From assembly GCA_944390915.1 (NCBI GenBank), contig CALXRS010000002.1, positions 18,707 through 82,706 of the forward strand: a stretch of DNA of 64,000 bases, in the 5' to 3' direction. Source of the stretch: an uncultured Alphaproteobacteria bacterium (GTDB taxonomy: Bacteria; Pseudomonadota; Alphaproteobacteria; RF32; CAG-239). The notes beneath the pieces are model-generated. The model ran no database searches. It saw only the letters and a list, made by a program, of their open reading frames with translations, and was not told where the DNA came from. Both the position numbers and the translations under genes were made by a program. Positions 54,917-64,000 of this stretch are shown in pieces (positions within the stretch are counted from its first letter, which is position 1; each line of letters starts with the position of its first letter).

Positions 54917-55558
54917 CTACATCTGCTGCAGCGTAATGGTCACCCGACGGTTTTGCGCCCGCCCCGCTTCCGTATTATTGGAAGCAATCGGATATTGTGA
55001 GCCGTAACCGTAAACGCTGATGCGCGCCGGCGATATGCCCCGCAAAATCAGATAGTCGGAAACGGCCTGCGCCCGCTTCAACGACAATTGATTGTTATAG
55101 GCCGCCGCGCCTATATTGTCGGTATAGCCGGCAATAACCACCCTAGTTTGGTCATATTCCTGCAAAACTTTGGAAACAGAATCGAGGGTGGCGTTAAAAC
55201 CGGTTTTAAACACGGCGGAATCAAAATCAAAAGTAATATTGCTCGGCATCAACAGTTGTATTTGCCCGTTTTCGAGCTCGGCAACCTGCACGCCGGTGCC
55301 GACCAATTCCTGCCGCAACTTGCGCGCCTGCAAATCCATATACCCGCCGGTGGCCGCGCCGCCTACGGCTCCCACGCCGGCGCCGATCAAAGCTCCTTTT
55401 TCACCGCCGATAAGAGCCCCTACACCCGCTCCCAGAGCCGTTCCGATTCCCGTTCCCCAGGCAGTTTTGGAAACTTTGCTTTCGCCCGTATACGGATCAA
55501 TTGCGCAACCGGCCAGCATGCTTGCGGCACAAAATGCGCATAATATGGATTTTTGCAT
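54917..55558 (-). CDS. OmpA-family lipoprotein with a glycine-zipper region (YiaD-like)
   Basis: The ATG at 55558 is preceded by AAGGAGAAA. Lipobox MLAG|C. Gly-zipper GTGIGTALGAGVGALIGG...GAGVGAVGGAATGG. OmpA C-terminal domain (IAGYTDNIGAAAYNNQLSLKRAQAV...NRRV). Confidence 0.85.
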   Translation of the reverse strand: MQKSILCAFCAASMLAGCAIDPYTGESKVSKTAWGTGIGTALGAGVGALIGGEKGALIGAGVGAVGGAATGGYMDLQARKLRQELVGTGVQVAELENGQIQLLMPSNITFDFDSAVFKTGFNATLDSVSKVLQEYDQTRVVIAGYTDNIGAAAYNNQLSLKRAQAVSDYLILRGISPARISVYGYGSQYPIASNNTEAGRAQNRRVTITLQQM

Positions 55559-55691
55559 ATCGTTTCTCCTTTTATTGTTTTCTCGATAATTGCTGTTTTC
55601 AATACCTACGATAAAGACCTTTGTTTCAAAAAGCAAGAGCGAGCCGATAAAAATCACCGAAAAAAGAAACATCCCGTTCGGCGATCATAAT

Positions 55692-57854
55692 TTATTTTGC
55701 CAACTCTTCCAAAACGACCTTTTTTAAGGTTACGTTGTCGGCCTTGCCGGTGGCAAAAACCGGCAGCTTGTCCATATAGAGGATAACCCGCGGCAAACAA
55801 AGTTCGGACATGGCGTTGGCTTTGATATAAGCATGCAGGCGTTCCTGAGTAACGCTGCGGTTATTTGTGGCCAGCACAATCTGTTCGCCTTTGCTTTCGT
55901 GCGGCGTGGCCACTACGCCGTATTGAAAATCGCCGTCCGCCGCGCAGGCGTTGCACACCATCTCCAAAACCGCGTTGAGCGAAACCATCTCGCCGCCGAT
56001 TTTGGCAAAACGCTTAATCCGATCGCGGATATAAACAAAGCCGATTTCGTCGATTTCCACCACGTCGCCGGTATGGTACCAGCCGTCTTCAAGCGGTACC
56101 AGCACGCCCGGATTTTCGGGCATGATGTAGCCCAGCATAACGTTTGGTCCGCGCACCACCAGTTCGCCTCCTTTTTCTATCCCCGGCACCGGTTCAATCT
56201 TATATTCGATGGCCGGCAGCAGTTTGCCGATGGAACCGAAGCGATTGAAAATACGGTTATTGGCGCTGACCACCGGCGAACATTCCGTCGTGCCGTAGGC
56301 CTCGAGCACGCGAATGCCCAAGCGTTCCATCCACATGTTGCGGGTATCGGGTTTGACGGCTTCCGCGCCGGCAAACATAAAGCGGATATTGTGGAAGTCA
56401 AACGGATGGGCAATACGTCCGTAGCCGCGGAAAAACGTGTCGGTACCGAACATGATCGACGCTCCGATTTCATACACAATCTCCGCCACCACACGATAAT
56501 GCAACGGCGAAGGATAAAGAAACAATTTGGCGCCCTCAAGCAGCGGAAACAGCGTTCCCACCACCAGCCCGAAGCTGTGGAACATGGGCAAAGCGTTAAA
56601 CACCGTATCGGTCACGTTTATTGTTTCGATGGCCGACATCTGCTTGATGTTGGAAATAATATTGGCATGACTCAGCACCACGGCTTTCGGCGCGCCTTCC
56701 GACCCGGATGTAAACAAAATTGCCGCCTTGCGGCTGCCGCCTTTCTTTATCGGCACGCGTTTGATTTTGTAGCGCAGGAAGGCGTTGATTTTTTCCCACA
56801 AGCCGATTTCTTTGGCTGCTTTTTCCAGACAGATGACCTGCACGCCGGCTTCTTCCATCATCTTCACCGCCTCTTCCATCTTGGCGGTTTTAACAAACGT
56901 CAGCGAGGTAATCACAAATTTGACCTGCGCCGTTTTGCACATGGAAACCATGTTTTTGGCGCCGACGGAAAAATTGAGCATGACCGGCACCCGCCCATAG
57001 GCCGTCAGGCCGAAAAAACTGCACAGGGCGGCCACCGAATTGGGCAAAAACAGACCGACATGTTCATCGGGCACCGTTCGCCGCTTCATATATTTGCCGA
57101 TAACAAACGACTTGACGATAATGTCGCGGTAAGATTGCGGTTTGCGCTGAATGTCCTCAACGAATTTCGGCCGCCGGAACAGTCCTTTTTTGGCGTGCAC
57201 CTTGGCGGTTTTCATCAACTGGGCAAAAAGAGAAATATCCGGATTATAGCGGACGTCAAAACTCATCTCGCGCAAAATCATATACACTTCGTTGCTGATG
57301 TGGTCACGTTGGCGGCGCAGTTCGTCTTTCAATTTGAAAGGACGCGGCCGGCCGACAATCACCTTAACTTTGGGCAGCGGCCGATGCGGCAGTTTGCCTC
57401 TGGTTTTGGAAAAATAGCCGTACTGAGGCCCCTCTATCCACACCGGAATAATCGGCGCGCCGGACTTGTCGGCCACCAGCCCCGGCGCTTCGTATATTTT
57501 CATCAATCCGCCGCTTTCGGTCACCCGCCCTTCGGCAAAAATAACGCACAGGCGCCCGCTGTCCACCTTGGCGATAAGCTCTTTGATGTCGCCCGGCTCA
57601 ATCGGGTTGAACGGCACCACATCGGCCGTCTGCATCAAAAAACGGATAAGCCGGTTGCGGTAAAGATGTCCGTTTAGGGCAAAAACGGGGTTTCCCGGCA
57701 AAAAAGCAAACAACAGCACCGGATCGAGATAAGACACATGGTTGGCAACATAAACTCCTTTTTGCGGCATGTTCTTTTCGTCAAACTCAACCGAACATCT
57801 GACCTTAAAAAGGGTAAAAACAGCTTTCAGCCAAAACCTTACAAAATTTCGCAA
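55692..57854 (-). CDS. aas: Bifunctional acyltransferase / acyl-ACP (AMP-forming) synthetase, Aas-like
   Basis: HX4D acyltransferase motif (ANHVSYLDP) followed by AMP-binding motifs (ILFTSGSEGAPKAVVLSH, YGTTE, GWYHTGD). Track ORF extends to 58034 (TTG). I prefer the TTG at 57854, which has GGAGA 8 nt upstream and gives 720 aa, close to E. coli Aas as I recall it. Confidence 0.82.
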   Translation of the reverse strand: MRNFVRFWLKAVFTLFKVRCSVEFDEKNMPQKGVYVANHVSYLDPVLLFAFLPGNPVFALNGHLYRNRLIRFLMQTADVVPFNPIEPGDIKELIAKVDSGRLCVIFAEGRVTESGGLMKIYEAPGLVADKSGAPIIPVWIEGPQYGYFSKTRGKLPHRPLPKVKVIVGRPRPFKLKDELRRQRDHISNEVYMILREMSFDVRYNPDISLFAQLMKTAKVHAKKGLFRRPKFVEDIQRKPQSYRDIIVKSFVIGKYMKRRTVPDEHVGLFLPNSVAALCSFFGLTAYGRVPVMLNFSVGAKNMVSMCKTAQVKFVITSLTFVKTAKMEEAVKMMEEAGVQVICLEKAAKEIGLWEKINAFLRYKIKRVPIKKGGSRKAAILFTSGSEGAPKAVVLSHANIISNIKQMSAIETINVTDTVFNALPMFHSFGLVVGTLFPLLEGAKLFLYPSPLHYRVVAEIVYEIGASIMFGTDTFFRGYGRIAHPFDFHNIRFMFAGAEAVKPDTRNMWMERLGIRVLEAYGTTECSPVVSANNRIFNRFGSIGKLLPAIEYKIEPVPGIEKGGELVVRGPNVMLGYIMPENPGVLVPLEDGWYHTGDVVEIDEIGFVYIRDRIKRFAKIGGEMVSLNAVLEMVCNACAADGDFQYGVVATPHESKGEQIVLATNNRSVTQERLHAYIKANAMSELCLPRVILYMDKLPVFATGKADNVTLKKVVLEELAK

Positions 57855-58197
57855 AACAAAAGTCTCCGCAGTTCTATAGATATATGGGAATAATTTACCC
57901 CGCGCGGACAAAGTTTGTAAAGAATAAAATAACTTTGCCGGCGAACAGCTCGATTTTTTTGTATAACATATTGAAAAACGTATTTTTTTACAAAGATATT
58001 CAGGGGATAAAATTAACTTCTTGATTTTTAACAATAACCTGTTTAGAGTTTTTTCCGTAACATTTTGCGGGTTGTTTTGCCAAACAGGAGCCGTCGGCGG
58101 CAGGCGCGGGGAAAATCGGCGCCGAAGCCTGCCGACAGTTTGGCCCCGGCAGGGATGTTATTCGCTTTTTTAACTGCTTATCTATAAGAAGACTGAA

Positions 58198-59487
58198 ATG
58201 AAAAGACTACTCACCCTTACCGCCCTTGCCGCGGTTTTAGCCTGCCCGGACGCCAACGCGTCGGGCTTTTACCTGAAAGAACAGTCCGCCAGCGCTCAGG
58301 GCAACGCCTTTGCCGGCGCCACCGCGGGCGCGGAAGACATTTCCTATTCGTTTTACAATCCGGCGGCTCTTGCCAAACACGCGGGAACGCATGTCTATTT
58401 TGGCGGCACCTGGATTTCGCCGCGTTCCACCGCCAAAAACGCCACCAACGAATTCGGCGACAGAAGCGGCTATGTTGACAACATCGTCCACGCCGCCATG
58501 TCGCCGCATTTTTATCTGTCCCACCAGCTGAACGACAGGTTCACGGCGGGCATTTCGCTGAACGTGCCCTACGGCATGATTACCAAATACGACAGCGACT
58601 GGGCAGGCCGCCTGCACGGCACCGTTTCCAAAGTGACCGCCGTAACCGTTACGCCGATGGCCGCCTACAAGGCAACCGACAAGCTTTCGCTCGGCGCAGG
58701 CATGCAGCTCCAGTACATCAAAGCCATTTTGCGCAACGGCGTTCGTCAGGCAACCCCGCTTGGCGCGGTGGAAGACAACGCCAGCCTGAAAGGCGACACC
58801 TTTGACATCGGTTATCAGTTGGGCGCTCTCTACGAATTTACGCCGCAAACGCGCGTCGGCCTCGGTTATCGCAGCCAGATACGCCACAAGCTGAAAGGCG
58901 ACGTTTCCTTTGACGGCGCCATGGGACCGGGCGGCATGCTTTCGCAGCTCGGCGCGCTCGGACCAAACGGGCTGAATCAGGACATTTCCGCCCGCCTGAC
59001 AACCCCGGCCAGCTTTACCGCCGGCATTTATCACGAAATCAACGACCGTTGGGCGGTCATGGCCGAATACAGCCGGGTTTACTGGTCGAGCTTCAAGAAT
59101 CTGAATATTGTCGGCGAAAACACGCCCAACCTCAGCTTTACCGAAGAAAACTGGAAAGATACGGACTTTTACGCCCTGGGCGCAAACTATCAGATTGATG
59201 ACCAGTGGAAACTGCGCCTCGGTCTGGCGCTTGACAAAAGCGCCGTCGGCGACGAATATCGCACCCCGCGGATTCCCGATGCCAACCGTATCTGGTATTC
59301 CGTCGGTTTGGAATATCAATATAACGAACAGCTGACCTTTAATCTCGGCTATACCTACATCCACGCCGACAAGAGCAAGGTCAACCTGCGCGGCGACCAC
59401 CTGGGCGACGCCAACCGCGGCGCCATGAAAGCCGATTATTCCAACCGCGTCAACATTTTTGCCTTTTCGCTTAACTACAATTTCTAA
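58198..59487 (+). CDS. fadL: Outer-membrane long-chain fatty acid / hydrophobic compound channel (FadL/TodX family)
   Basis: Signal peptide, then SGFYLKEQSASAQGNAFAGATAGAEDISYSFYNPAAL. Ends ...FAFSLNYNF*. Confidence 0.88.
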   Translation: MKRLLTLTALAAVLACPDANASGFYLKEQSASAQGNAFAGATAGAEDISYSFYNPAALAKHAGTHVYFGGTWISPRSTAKNATNEFGDRSGYVDNIVHAAMSPHFYLSHQLNDRFTAGISLNVPYGMITKYDSDWAGRLHGTVSKVTAVTVTPMAAYKATDKLSLGAGMQLQYIKAILRNGVRQATPLGAVEDNASLKGDTFDIGYQLGALYEFTPQTRVGLGYRSQIRHKLKGDVSFDGAMGPGGMLSQLGALGPNGLNQDISARLTTPASFTAGIYHEINDRWAVMAEYSRVYWSSFKNLNIVGENTPNLSFTEENWKDTDFYALGANYQIDDQWKLRLGLALDKSAVGDEYRTPRIPDANRIWYSVGLEYQYNEQLTFNLGYTYIHADKSKVNLRGDHLGDANRGAMKADYSNRVNIFAFSLNYNF

Positions 59488-59508
59488 AGGCAAAAACAAA
59501 CAAATATA

Positions 59509-59540
59509 AAAGAAAGGGGCTTATCGCCCCTTTCTTTTAT
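59509..59540. terminator. Bidirectional rho-independent terminator
   Basis: aaagaaaggggc-ttatc-gcccctttcttt-tat, between convergent fadL and the autotransporter gene. Confidence 0.65.
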
Positions 59541-59557
59541 GCTTTTTGTTCTTTTTA

Positions 59558-62500
59558 TCAGAACGCGTAGTTGAGGCCGAGGCCGAAGGTGGTGGCGTCG
59601 TAGTCCGAACCAAAGGTATAGTTTGCCCAACCATAAGCCGAAAGATTCGTTGTGAAGCCGTAGCGCCCGCCGATTTCAATTCGTCCCAAAGTCGCGTCGT
59701 CCAGAGCTTCCACATCGCCCAAACCGGTGATGTTCACATCTTCGCCATCGACAATCGTCTGCACCACACTCGGCTTGACATAGACATTGGCAAAGCCTTC
59801 GTCCAGCATAAACGTCTTAGCGAGTTTTACGCCCGCTTCGAGCTCAATCTGCCGCGCGTCGTCATAACTTGCGCTCTTGCCAACATTGTCACTTGCATCG
59901 TCATAGTTCACCTGCGTATAGAACACGCCCAATTCCGGCGTCAAAGTCACGCTGTCGGTCAAGGCGTAGTCATAACCAACCTCTGCACTGGCGCCGAACT
60001 CCACGCCGTCGGTATCCGTCTTCATCCCGTCGTCGGTCTTGATATCCGCTTCCTGAATGCCACCGTACAAAGTCGCGAAAGCGTACCAGTTGTTATGGTC
60101 ATAGCGGTAATACAAACCGGCAATGTAGCTGTCGATGTCGATTTCCGAGCCGACAGTGGAATAATACCGGTCGCCGTTGCCGCTCATGTCATATTCGCCC
60201 TGACGATAGGAAACAAAGATACCCAAACGGTTGTTGATATCCCGCTGGATGTCGCCGCCGGCTTCAATTCCCCAGATGTCGGCATCAATCGCAAAAGGCG
60301 AATCGATGTTCGAGGTGTAGTAAGTCGGGTTGACCCAGAGATTGTAATTGGCCGCGGCGTCCTGCGTGCGGGTGGCGGCCACCTGTCCGCCGATATTGTC
60401 GACCATATTGCGGGTCTGCTCCAAAGCTGCTGCCGGCAACGCGCCGTAGGCCACAACTTCCGCATAAACCTTCGACGGTGCCGTCGGAAGGTCGATATCG
60501 GGAATTTCCGGATCTTCTATGTCCGGAACTTCCGGATCTTCTACGTCGGGAACTTCCGGATCCGGCTGTTCGCCCGGCTCCACGCCGGCATAATCGTTTG
60601 TCGTATCTTTCATCTCCAGTTCCCATTTGTGGGCGTTCTCACCGGTCTCGGTATATTTGGTTTCAAACATATAGGGGCTTCGGTAAACGCGCCAGACCTT
60701 AAAGGAATCGGCATTGCCGGTGGTGTCGTTCGTCGACTGGGCAAACAAGATGCTTTCGCCGCGGATATCTTTGTCCGAGGTCGGATACAATACCAGTTTG
60801 GTCGTGCCCTCAACATTGCCGTTGATGTTGAGCATGTCCGCCGTCAGGTTGTCCACGTCAACGTCAATATGCAGATAACCGTTGTTCGCGCTCCAACCTT
60901 TTAAGGTTACCTTTTCCTGATATTTGTTGTAAAGGTCAAAGGCTGCGTTCTGCAGGCTGATTTTTGTTATCGGATCGCCGTCGGCAGTTATTTCACCGCG
61001 GCCGTAAGGCCCTTCGCCGAAAGACAAAGTCGTATTGGCAATGTTGATGCTGCCAGCATTGGCAATGCTGTTATTGAGCTTGATGTATTGCGTCGTTCTC
61101 AGGTTTTCTTCCTCAATCCCTTTGTCGCCGTTAAAGGCGATACCGTAACCGCTTTCGCCGTCGATGCCGTCGTTCAGCAAAATCACTCCGTTGTTGAGGG
61201 TGTTAAGGGTCAGGTCACCGATCACCGGCATATTTATTGTCAGATCAAGGTTTATATCCCCACCGGGAAACATATCTTGCAAATCATCTTGCAGGTTTCC
61301 ATCCACGGAAGTTGTGCCGATTTTGTTCAACACATAGAAAGCATTGCTCTCATCATTGGCTTTGTTGCCGTCAATGATTGAGGTATAATTGTCGGCGGTT
61401 ATGGTTACCCCGCTGCCGTAAATCGCCCCGCCTTTTGCTTCGCCGTTCTCGGACTTGACATAATTGTTGCGGAAGGAAGAATTGTAAAAATTCATCCCAC
61501 CTTCAGTATCAACCGTTGCCGTTATCTCCGTGACCAACGTCGCGTTGTTTACCATATTTTGCATTGATTCGACCATTAGTCGGATTGCGGCCAACGCCTT
61601 TTCCTGCTCTTCCGGAGATAGCGCTTCAAACTCTGCTAAAAATTCTTCTCTTTGCTCTTCTTGCACAGCTCCTAATTGTATCATCAGATCAACATAATCT
61701 TCCGCACCAAAATTTGCCGGATCAACCTCTAACAAATGATTATATATAGAAAGCTGTTTATAACTTAAAAACTCTTCTTCGCTATTAACCGTTATCGTAC
61801 CGGTGACCATCTGCATATTGCCATCTGACGGATTACCCTTTGGCAGATATATTTCCAACTTTTGGTCTTCGTATTTAACATCTAGATGAAATATCAGATT
61901 ATCAGTATCCGGTAGGCTTGGTTGCGCAGCAGTTATCTGAGCTTTGTTATAAATCGCCCCACCGTTGGCGCTACCACTTTTGCTTCGGGCATAGTTGCTG
62001 ATAAAATCACCGGTGATATTACCGATAGTAGCAGTGTCATTATTATAAATTGCTCCACCTATAGCATCGCCCTCTGTTCTTATGGTATAATTTCCGATAA
62101 AATTGCCGGTGATGTTGCCGAAGATGTCATCGTTATAAATTGCCCCGCCTATAACATTGCCACTTTCGCTTACAGCATAATTTCCGACAAAATCACCTGT
62201 GATATCGCCGATGGTAGCAGTACCATGAGATCTATAGTTATAAATCGCTCCGCCTATAACATTGCCACTTTCGCTTACAGCATAATTTCCGACAAAATCA
62301 CCTGTAATATCGCCGATGGTGCCATATTCGTTATAAATCGCCCCGCCTTGGGCTTGACCGCTTTCGCTTTGAGCATAATTTCCGATAAAATCGCCGGTAA
62401 TGTCGCCGATGGTGCCCTGATCGTTATAAATCGCCCCGCCTCGGGCATAATTGCTTCCAGAAACATAATTTCTGACAAAATCACCTGTGATATCGCCGAT

Positions 62501-64000
62501 GGTACTATCAATATTATAAATCGCCCCACCATATGCGTTACCACTTTCGCTTCGGGCATAGTTGCTGATAAAATCACCGGTGATATTACCGATAGTAGCA
62601 GTGTCATCGTTATAAATCGCCCCGCCAAAGGCAATGGCTTTATAAAGATTTACAGAGGAATAATTACCTATAAAATCAACAACAATATCACCGATGGTGC
62701 CACTGTTAAAAATCGCCCCGCCATAGGCATAATTGCTTCCAGAAACATAATTACCGATAAAATCACCGGTGATATCCCCGATGGTGCTTTCGTTATAAAT
62801 CGCCCCGCCATCCTCAGCATAATTCCTGATAAAGTCACCGATGATATCGCCGATGGTGCCAGAGTTATAAATCGCCCCGCCATATGCGTTACTCCACCTC
62901 CTAGCCTGATTCCCAATAAAATCACCGGTAATTTTACCGATAGAACCATCGTTGTAAATCGCCCCGCCATAGGCATAACTGGCAACATTATGACCTTCAG
63001 CATAAATGTAGTTTTCTATAAAATTACCCATAATATTGCTGATACTTCCTTTATTATAAATTGCTCCTCCTAAAGAATATCCAGCTAAACAATCATTCAT
63101 ATCAAATAATATTACTCTCGTTTTGGCAAAATTATTAATAAAATCGGCATTGATATTTCCCATCTCTCCGGCATTATAGATTGCCCCGCCGTATAGATAA
63201 AGCTCATTCTTCTTGCTCGATGTCCTGCCGCTGATGCTTCCCGTTACCTTGTTGTCGGCATAAACTTTGCTTTTTATGTCTTCGTAAGTTTCACCTTCCG
63301 GATTGTTTATCACTGCTCCGCCGGGTTGATGAATGGTCGTGCCGGGATCTTCGTTAAATTTAAAATCCAGCGGTTTCCCGGTTACAATCTCATAATCTGC
63401 CGGCTTGGTATAGGTATATTCATAATATTCGCTTTTGTTGTTCGGCAGATCAACTTTTACCACGCCTTTGACTTGATTGTCGTCCGACAGATCGCTGTCC
63501 GTCATCCCCGGCGTTTCAACTGCTGCCATTGTGCTCCATTTGATACTTTCCAAAGTGGCAAATGTTTCCGGTTTCAGGACAACTTTATAATATTTAGTCG
63601 TCAAATTGCCTTCGGCGTCCGCTTCCTCAATGGTGAAGTTATAATCTTCCGCCTTTCCCTCCACGTATTCAAAAACGCTCGAAGGAATCGCTTCCGTATT
63701 AAAGCTATACTTTTTGCCATTCAGCTCAAAAATGCCGCCGGCATCTTCCACCAGATTCCCGGCCACGGTGCCTGCAAGAGTCTTTAACAATGCCGCATCT
63801 TCTCCTTCCGGCGTAAAGTAATATTTAACGCCGGCAATCTCTACTTCCGCCGCACCGGCCGGCAGTTCGCCGCTTAATTCCGTCAATGCATAGCTGCCGC
63901 TTAAATCCGTCGCTTCCGCTTTCAGTGTGTCCAGTGTCGGAGTTAAGGTCGCCGCCGCGGCATAATTTGCCGGGGTGGAAAGAATCGTCCCCGCAAGCAG
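59558..64000 (-). CDS. Very large autotransporter with Pmp-type (GGAI / FxxN) passenger repeats (N-terminus outside window)
   Basis: The track lists 59558..63886, but that start is a TTG, and I translated the frame as open to base 64000. 14 GGAI[YF]N units alternate with [DN]F[IV]xN. C-terminal beta-barrel ends ...TFGLGLNYAF*. A Pro/Glu-rich linker (PGEQPDPEVPDVEDPEVPDIEDPEIPDIDLP) precedes the barrel. Confidence 0.9.
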   Translation of the reverse strand: MLAGTILSTPANYAAAATLTPTLDTLKAEATDLSGSYALTELSGELPAGAAEVEIAGVKYYFTPEGEDAALLKTLAGTVAGNLVEDAGGIFELNGKKYSFNTEAIPSSVFEYVEGKAEDYNFTIEEADAEGNLTTKYYKVVLKPETFATLESIKWSTMAAVETPGMTDSDLSDDNQVKGVVKVDLPNNKSEYYEYTYTKPADYEIVTGKPLDFKFNEDPGTTIHQPGGAVINNPEGETYEDIKSKVYADNKVTGSISGRTSSKKNELYLYGGAIYNAGEMGNINADFINNFAKTRVILFDMNDCLAGYSLGGAIYNKGSISNIMGNFIENYIYAEGHNVASYAYGGAIYNDGSIGKITGDFIGNQARRWSNAYGGAIYNSGTIGDIIGDFIRNYAEDGGAIYNESTIGDITGDFIGNYVSGSNYAYGGAIFNSGTIGDIVVDFIGNYSSVNLYKAIAFGGAIYNDDTATIGNITGDFISNYARSESGNAYGGAIYNIDSTIGDITGDFVRNYVSGSNYARGGAIYNDQGTIGDITGDFIGNYAQSESGQAQGGAIYNEYGTIGDITGDFVGNYAVSESGNVIGGAIYNYRSHGTATIGDITGDFVGNYAVSESGNVIGGAIYNDDIFGNITGNFIGNYTIRTEGDAIGGAIYNNDTATIGNITGDFISNYARSKSGSANGGAIYNKAQITAAQPSLPDTDNLIFHLDVKYEDQKLEIYLPKGNPSDGNMQMVTGTITVNSEEEFLSYKQLSIYNHLLEVDPANFGAEDYVDLMIQLGAVQEEQREEFLAEFEALSPEEQEKALAAIRLMVESMQNMVNNATLVTEITATVDTEGGMNFYNSSFRNNYVKSENGEAKGGAIYGSGVTITADNYTSIIDGNKANDESNAFYVLNKIGTTSVDGNLQDDLQDMFPGGDINLDLTINMPVIGDLTLNTLNNGVILLNDGIDGESGYGIAFNGDKGIEEENLRTTQYIKLNNSIANAGSINIANTTLSFGEGPYGRGEITADGDPITKISLQNAAFDLYNKYQEKVTLKGWSANNGYLHIDVDVDNLTADMLNINGNVEGTTKLVLYPTSDKDIRGESILFAQSTNDTTGNADSFKVWRVYRSPYMFETKYTETGENAHKWELEMKDTTNDYAGVEPGEQPDPEVPDVEDPEVPDIEDPEIPDIDLPTAPSKVYAEVVAYGALPAAALEQTRNMVDNIGGQVAATRTQDAAANYNLWVNPTYYTSNIDSPFAIDADIWGIEAGGDIQRDINNRLGIFVSYRQGEYDMSGNGDRYYSTVGSEIDIDSYIAGLYYRYDHNNWYAFATLYGGIQEADIKTDDGMKTDTDGVEFGASAEVGYDYALTDSVTLTPELGVFYTQVNYDDASDNVGKSASYDDARQIELEAGVKLAKTFMLDEGFANVYVKPSVVQTIVDGEDVNITGLGDVEALDDATLGRIEIGGRYGFTTNLSAYGWANYTFGSDYDATTFGLGLNYAF
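61972..62607. repeat. Pair of 69-bp near-identical direct repeats at 61972-62040 and 62539-62607
   Basis: taccactt[t/c]tgcttcgggcatagttgctgataaaatcaccggtgatattaccgatagtagcagtgtcat. One mismatch by my hand alignment. Confidence 0.85.
62145..62320. repeat. Tandem 71-bp near-identical repeats at 62145-62215 and 62250-62320 (105-bp period)
   Basis: ccgcctataacattgccactttcgcttacagcataatttccgacaaaatcacctgt[g/a]atatcgccgatggt. One mismatch by my hand alignment. Confidence 0.85.

Larger units (their letters stand above)
61946..63190 (-). repeat. Coding tandem-repeat region (about 30-35-aa Pmp-like units)
   Basis: Unit consensus: GGAIYN-x(3-8)-IG[DN]I[TI]G[DN]F[IV]xNY-x(5-9). aa 233-647 of the listed ORF. 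Confidence 0.9.

Noticed and set aside
55833-57677. 614-aa + strand ORF opposite aas, and the 58237..59499 - strand ORF opposite fadL
   Set aside because: Both mirror genes that have strong family motifs. The translations are Arg/Gly/His-rich and featureless.
59546-63073. + strand ORFs 59546..60904 and 61922..63073 inside the autotransporter locus
   Set aside because: The - strand frame encodes a coherent autotransporter with repeats, linker and barrel. The + strand ORFs stay open only because of the repetitive codon structure.
61946-63190. Regularly spaced short repeats that could be mistaken for a CRISPR array
   Set aside because: The repeats are in-frame coding units of one long ORF (GGAIYN...DFIGNY). 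The intervening segments are also homologous to each other. No cas genes or leader are present.
1-64000. tRNA, rRNA, tmRNA or riboswitch genes in intergenic regions
   Set aside because: Reading the intergenic regions longer than about 80 bp, I found no cloverleaf-compatible sequence, T-loop consensus (GGTTCGAATCC-like) or familiar riboswitch core. A covariance-model scan would be needed to be certain.

Overview
A 64-kb chromosomal window from a Gram-negative bacterium. About 60 protein-coding genes are packed tightly on both strands. I found no rRNA, tRNA, CRISPR array, transposase or integrase. All protein calls come from reading motifs by eye, since no searches could be run.

Core content:
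- DNA repair and translation-related genes: mutY, the mtaB-ftsY pair, rluD-rpoH, and dksA-maf-rng-yacG.
- Sugar and energy metabolism: nagB-nagA and a 1194-aa pyruvate:ferredoxin oxidoreductase.
- xseB-ispA, and a three-gene RND efflux pump.
- A compact division/cell-wall block (mraY-ftsW-murG-murB-ftsQ-ftsA-ftsZ).
- pepF, and a divergent aas/fadL lipid-scavenging pair.
- An autotransporter runs off each window edge.

From memory, the gene neighbourhoods (rluD-rpoH, mtaB-ftsY, maf-rng-yacG) and the long FtsZ linker resemble Alphaproteobacteria. The oxidoreductase and nagAB hint at an anaerobic or host-associated lifestyle. Both points are inference.

Several islets that look AT-richer by eye sit between the core genes. 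The most interesting is a six-gene, same-strand cluster at 20.3-27.7 kb. It ends in a VirD4/TraG-type type IV coupling ATPase. Upstream of that ATPase are two membrane proteins with paralogous N-terminal domains, one of which carries an extreme Arg/Glu/Asp repeat tract, plus three proteins I cannot place. The window contains no secretion-channel, relaxase or integrase genes.

Other items worth a second look:
- A lysozyme-like ORF interrupted by an in-frame TAG, next to a small Cys-containing membrane protein.
- 83-bp repeats marking decayed tandem paralogs of a secreted Cys-rich protein.
- An autotransporter with chlamydial Pmp-type repeats and near-identical internal DNA repeats.
- A GlmU-like protein with only the uridyltransferase domain.
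- An MtaB without the TRAM domain.
- A DksA that keeps one of the four zinc-finger cysteines.
- A degenerate GGDEF protein.
- Several small ORFs below the track length cutoff.
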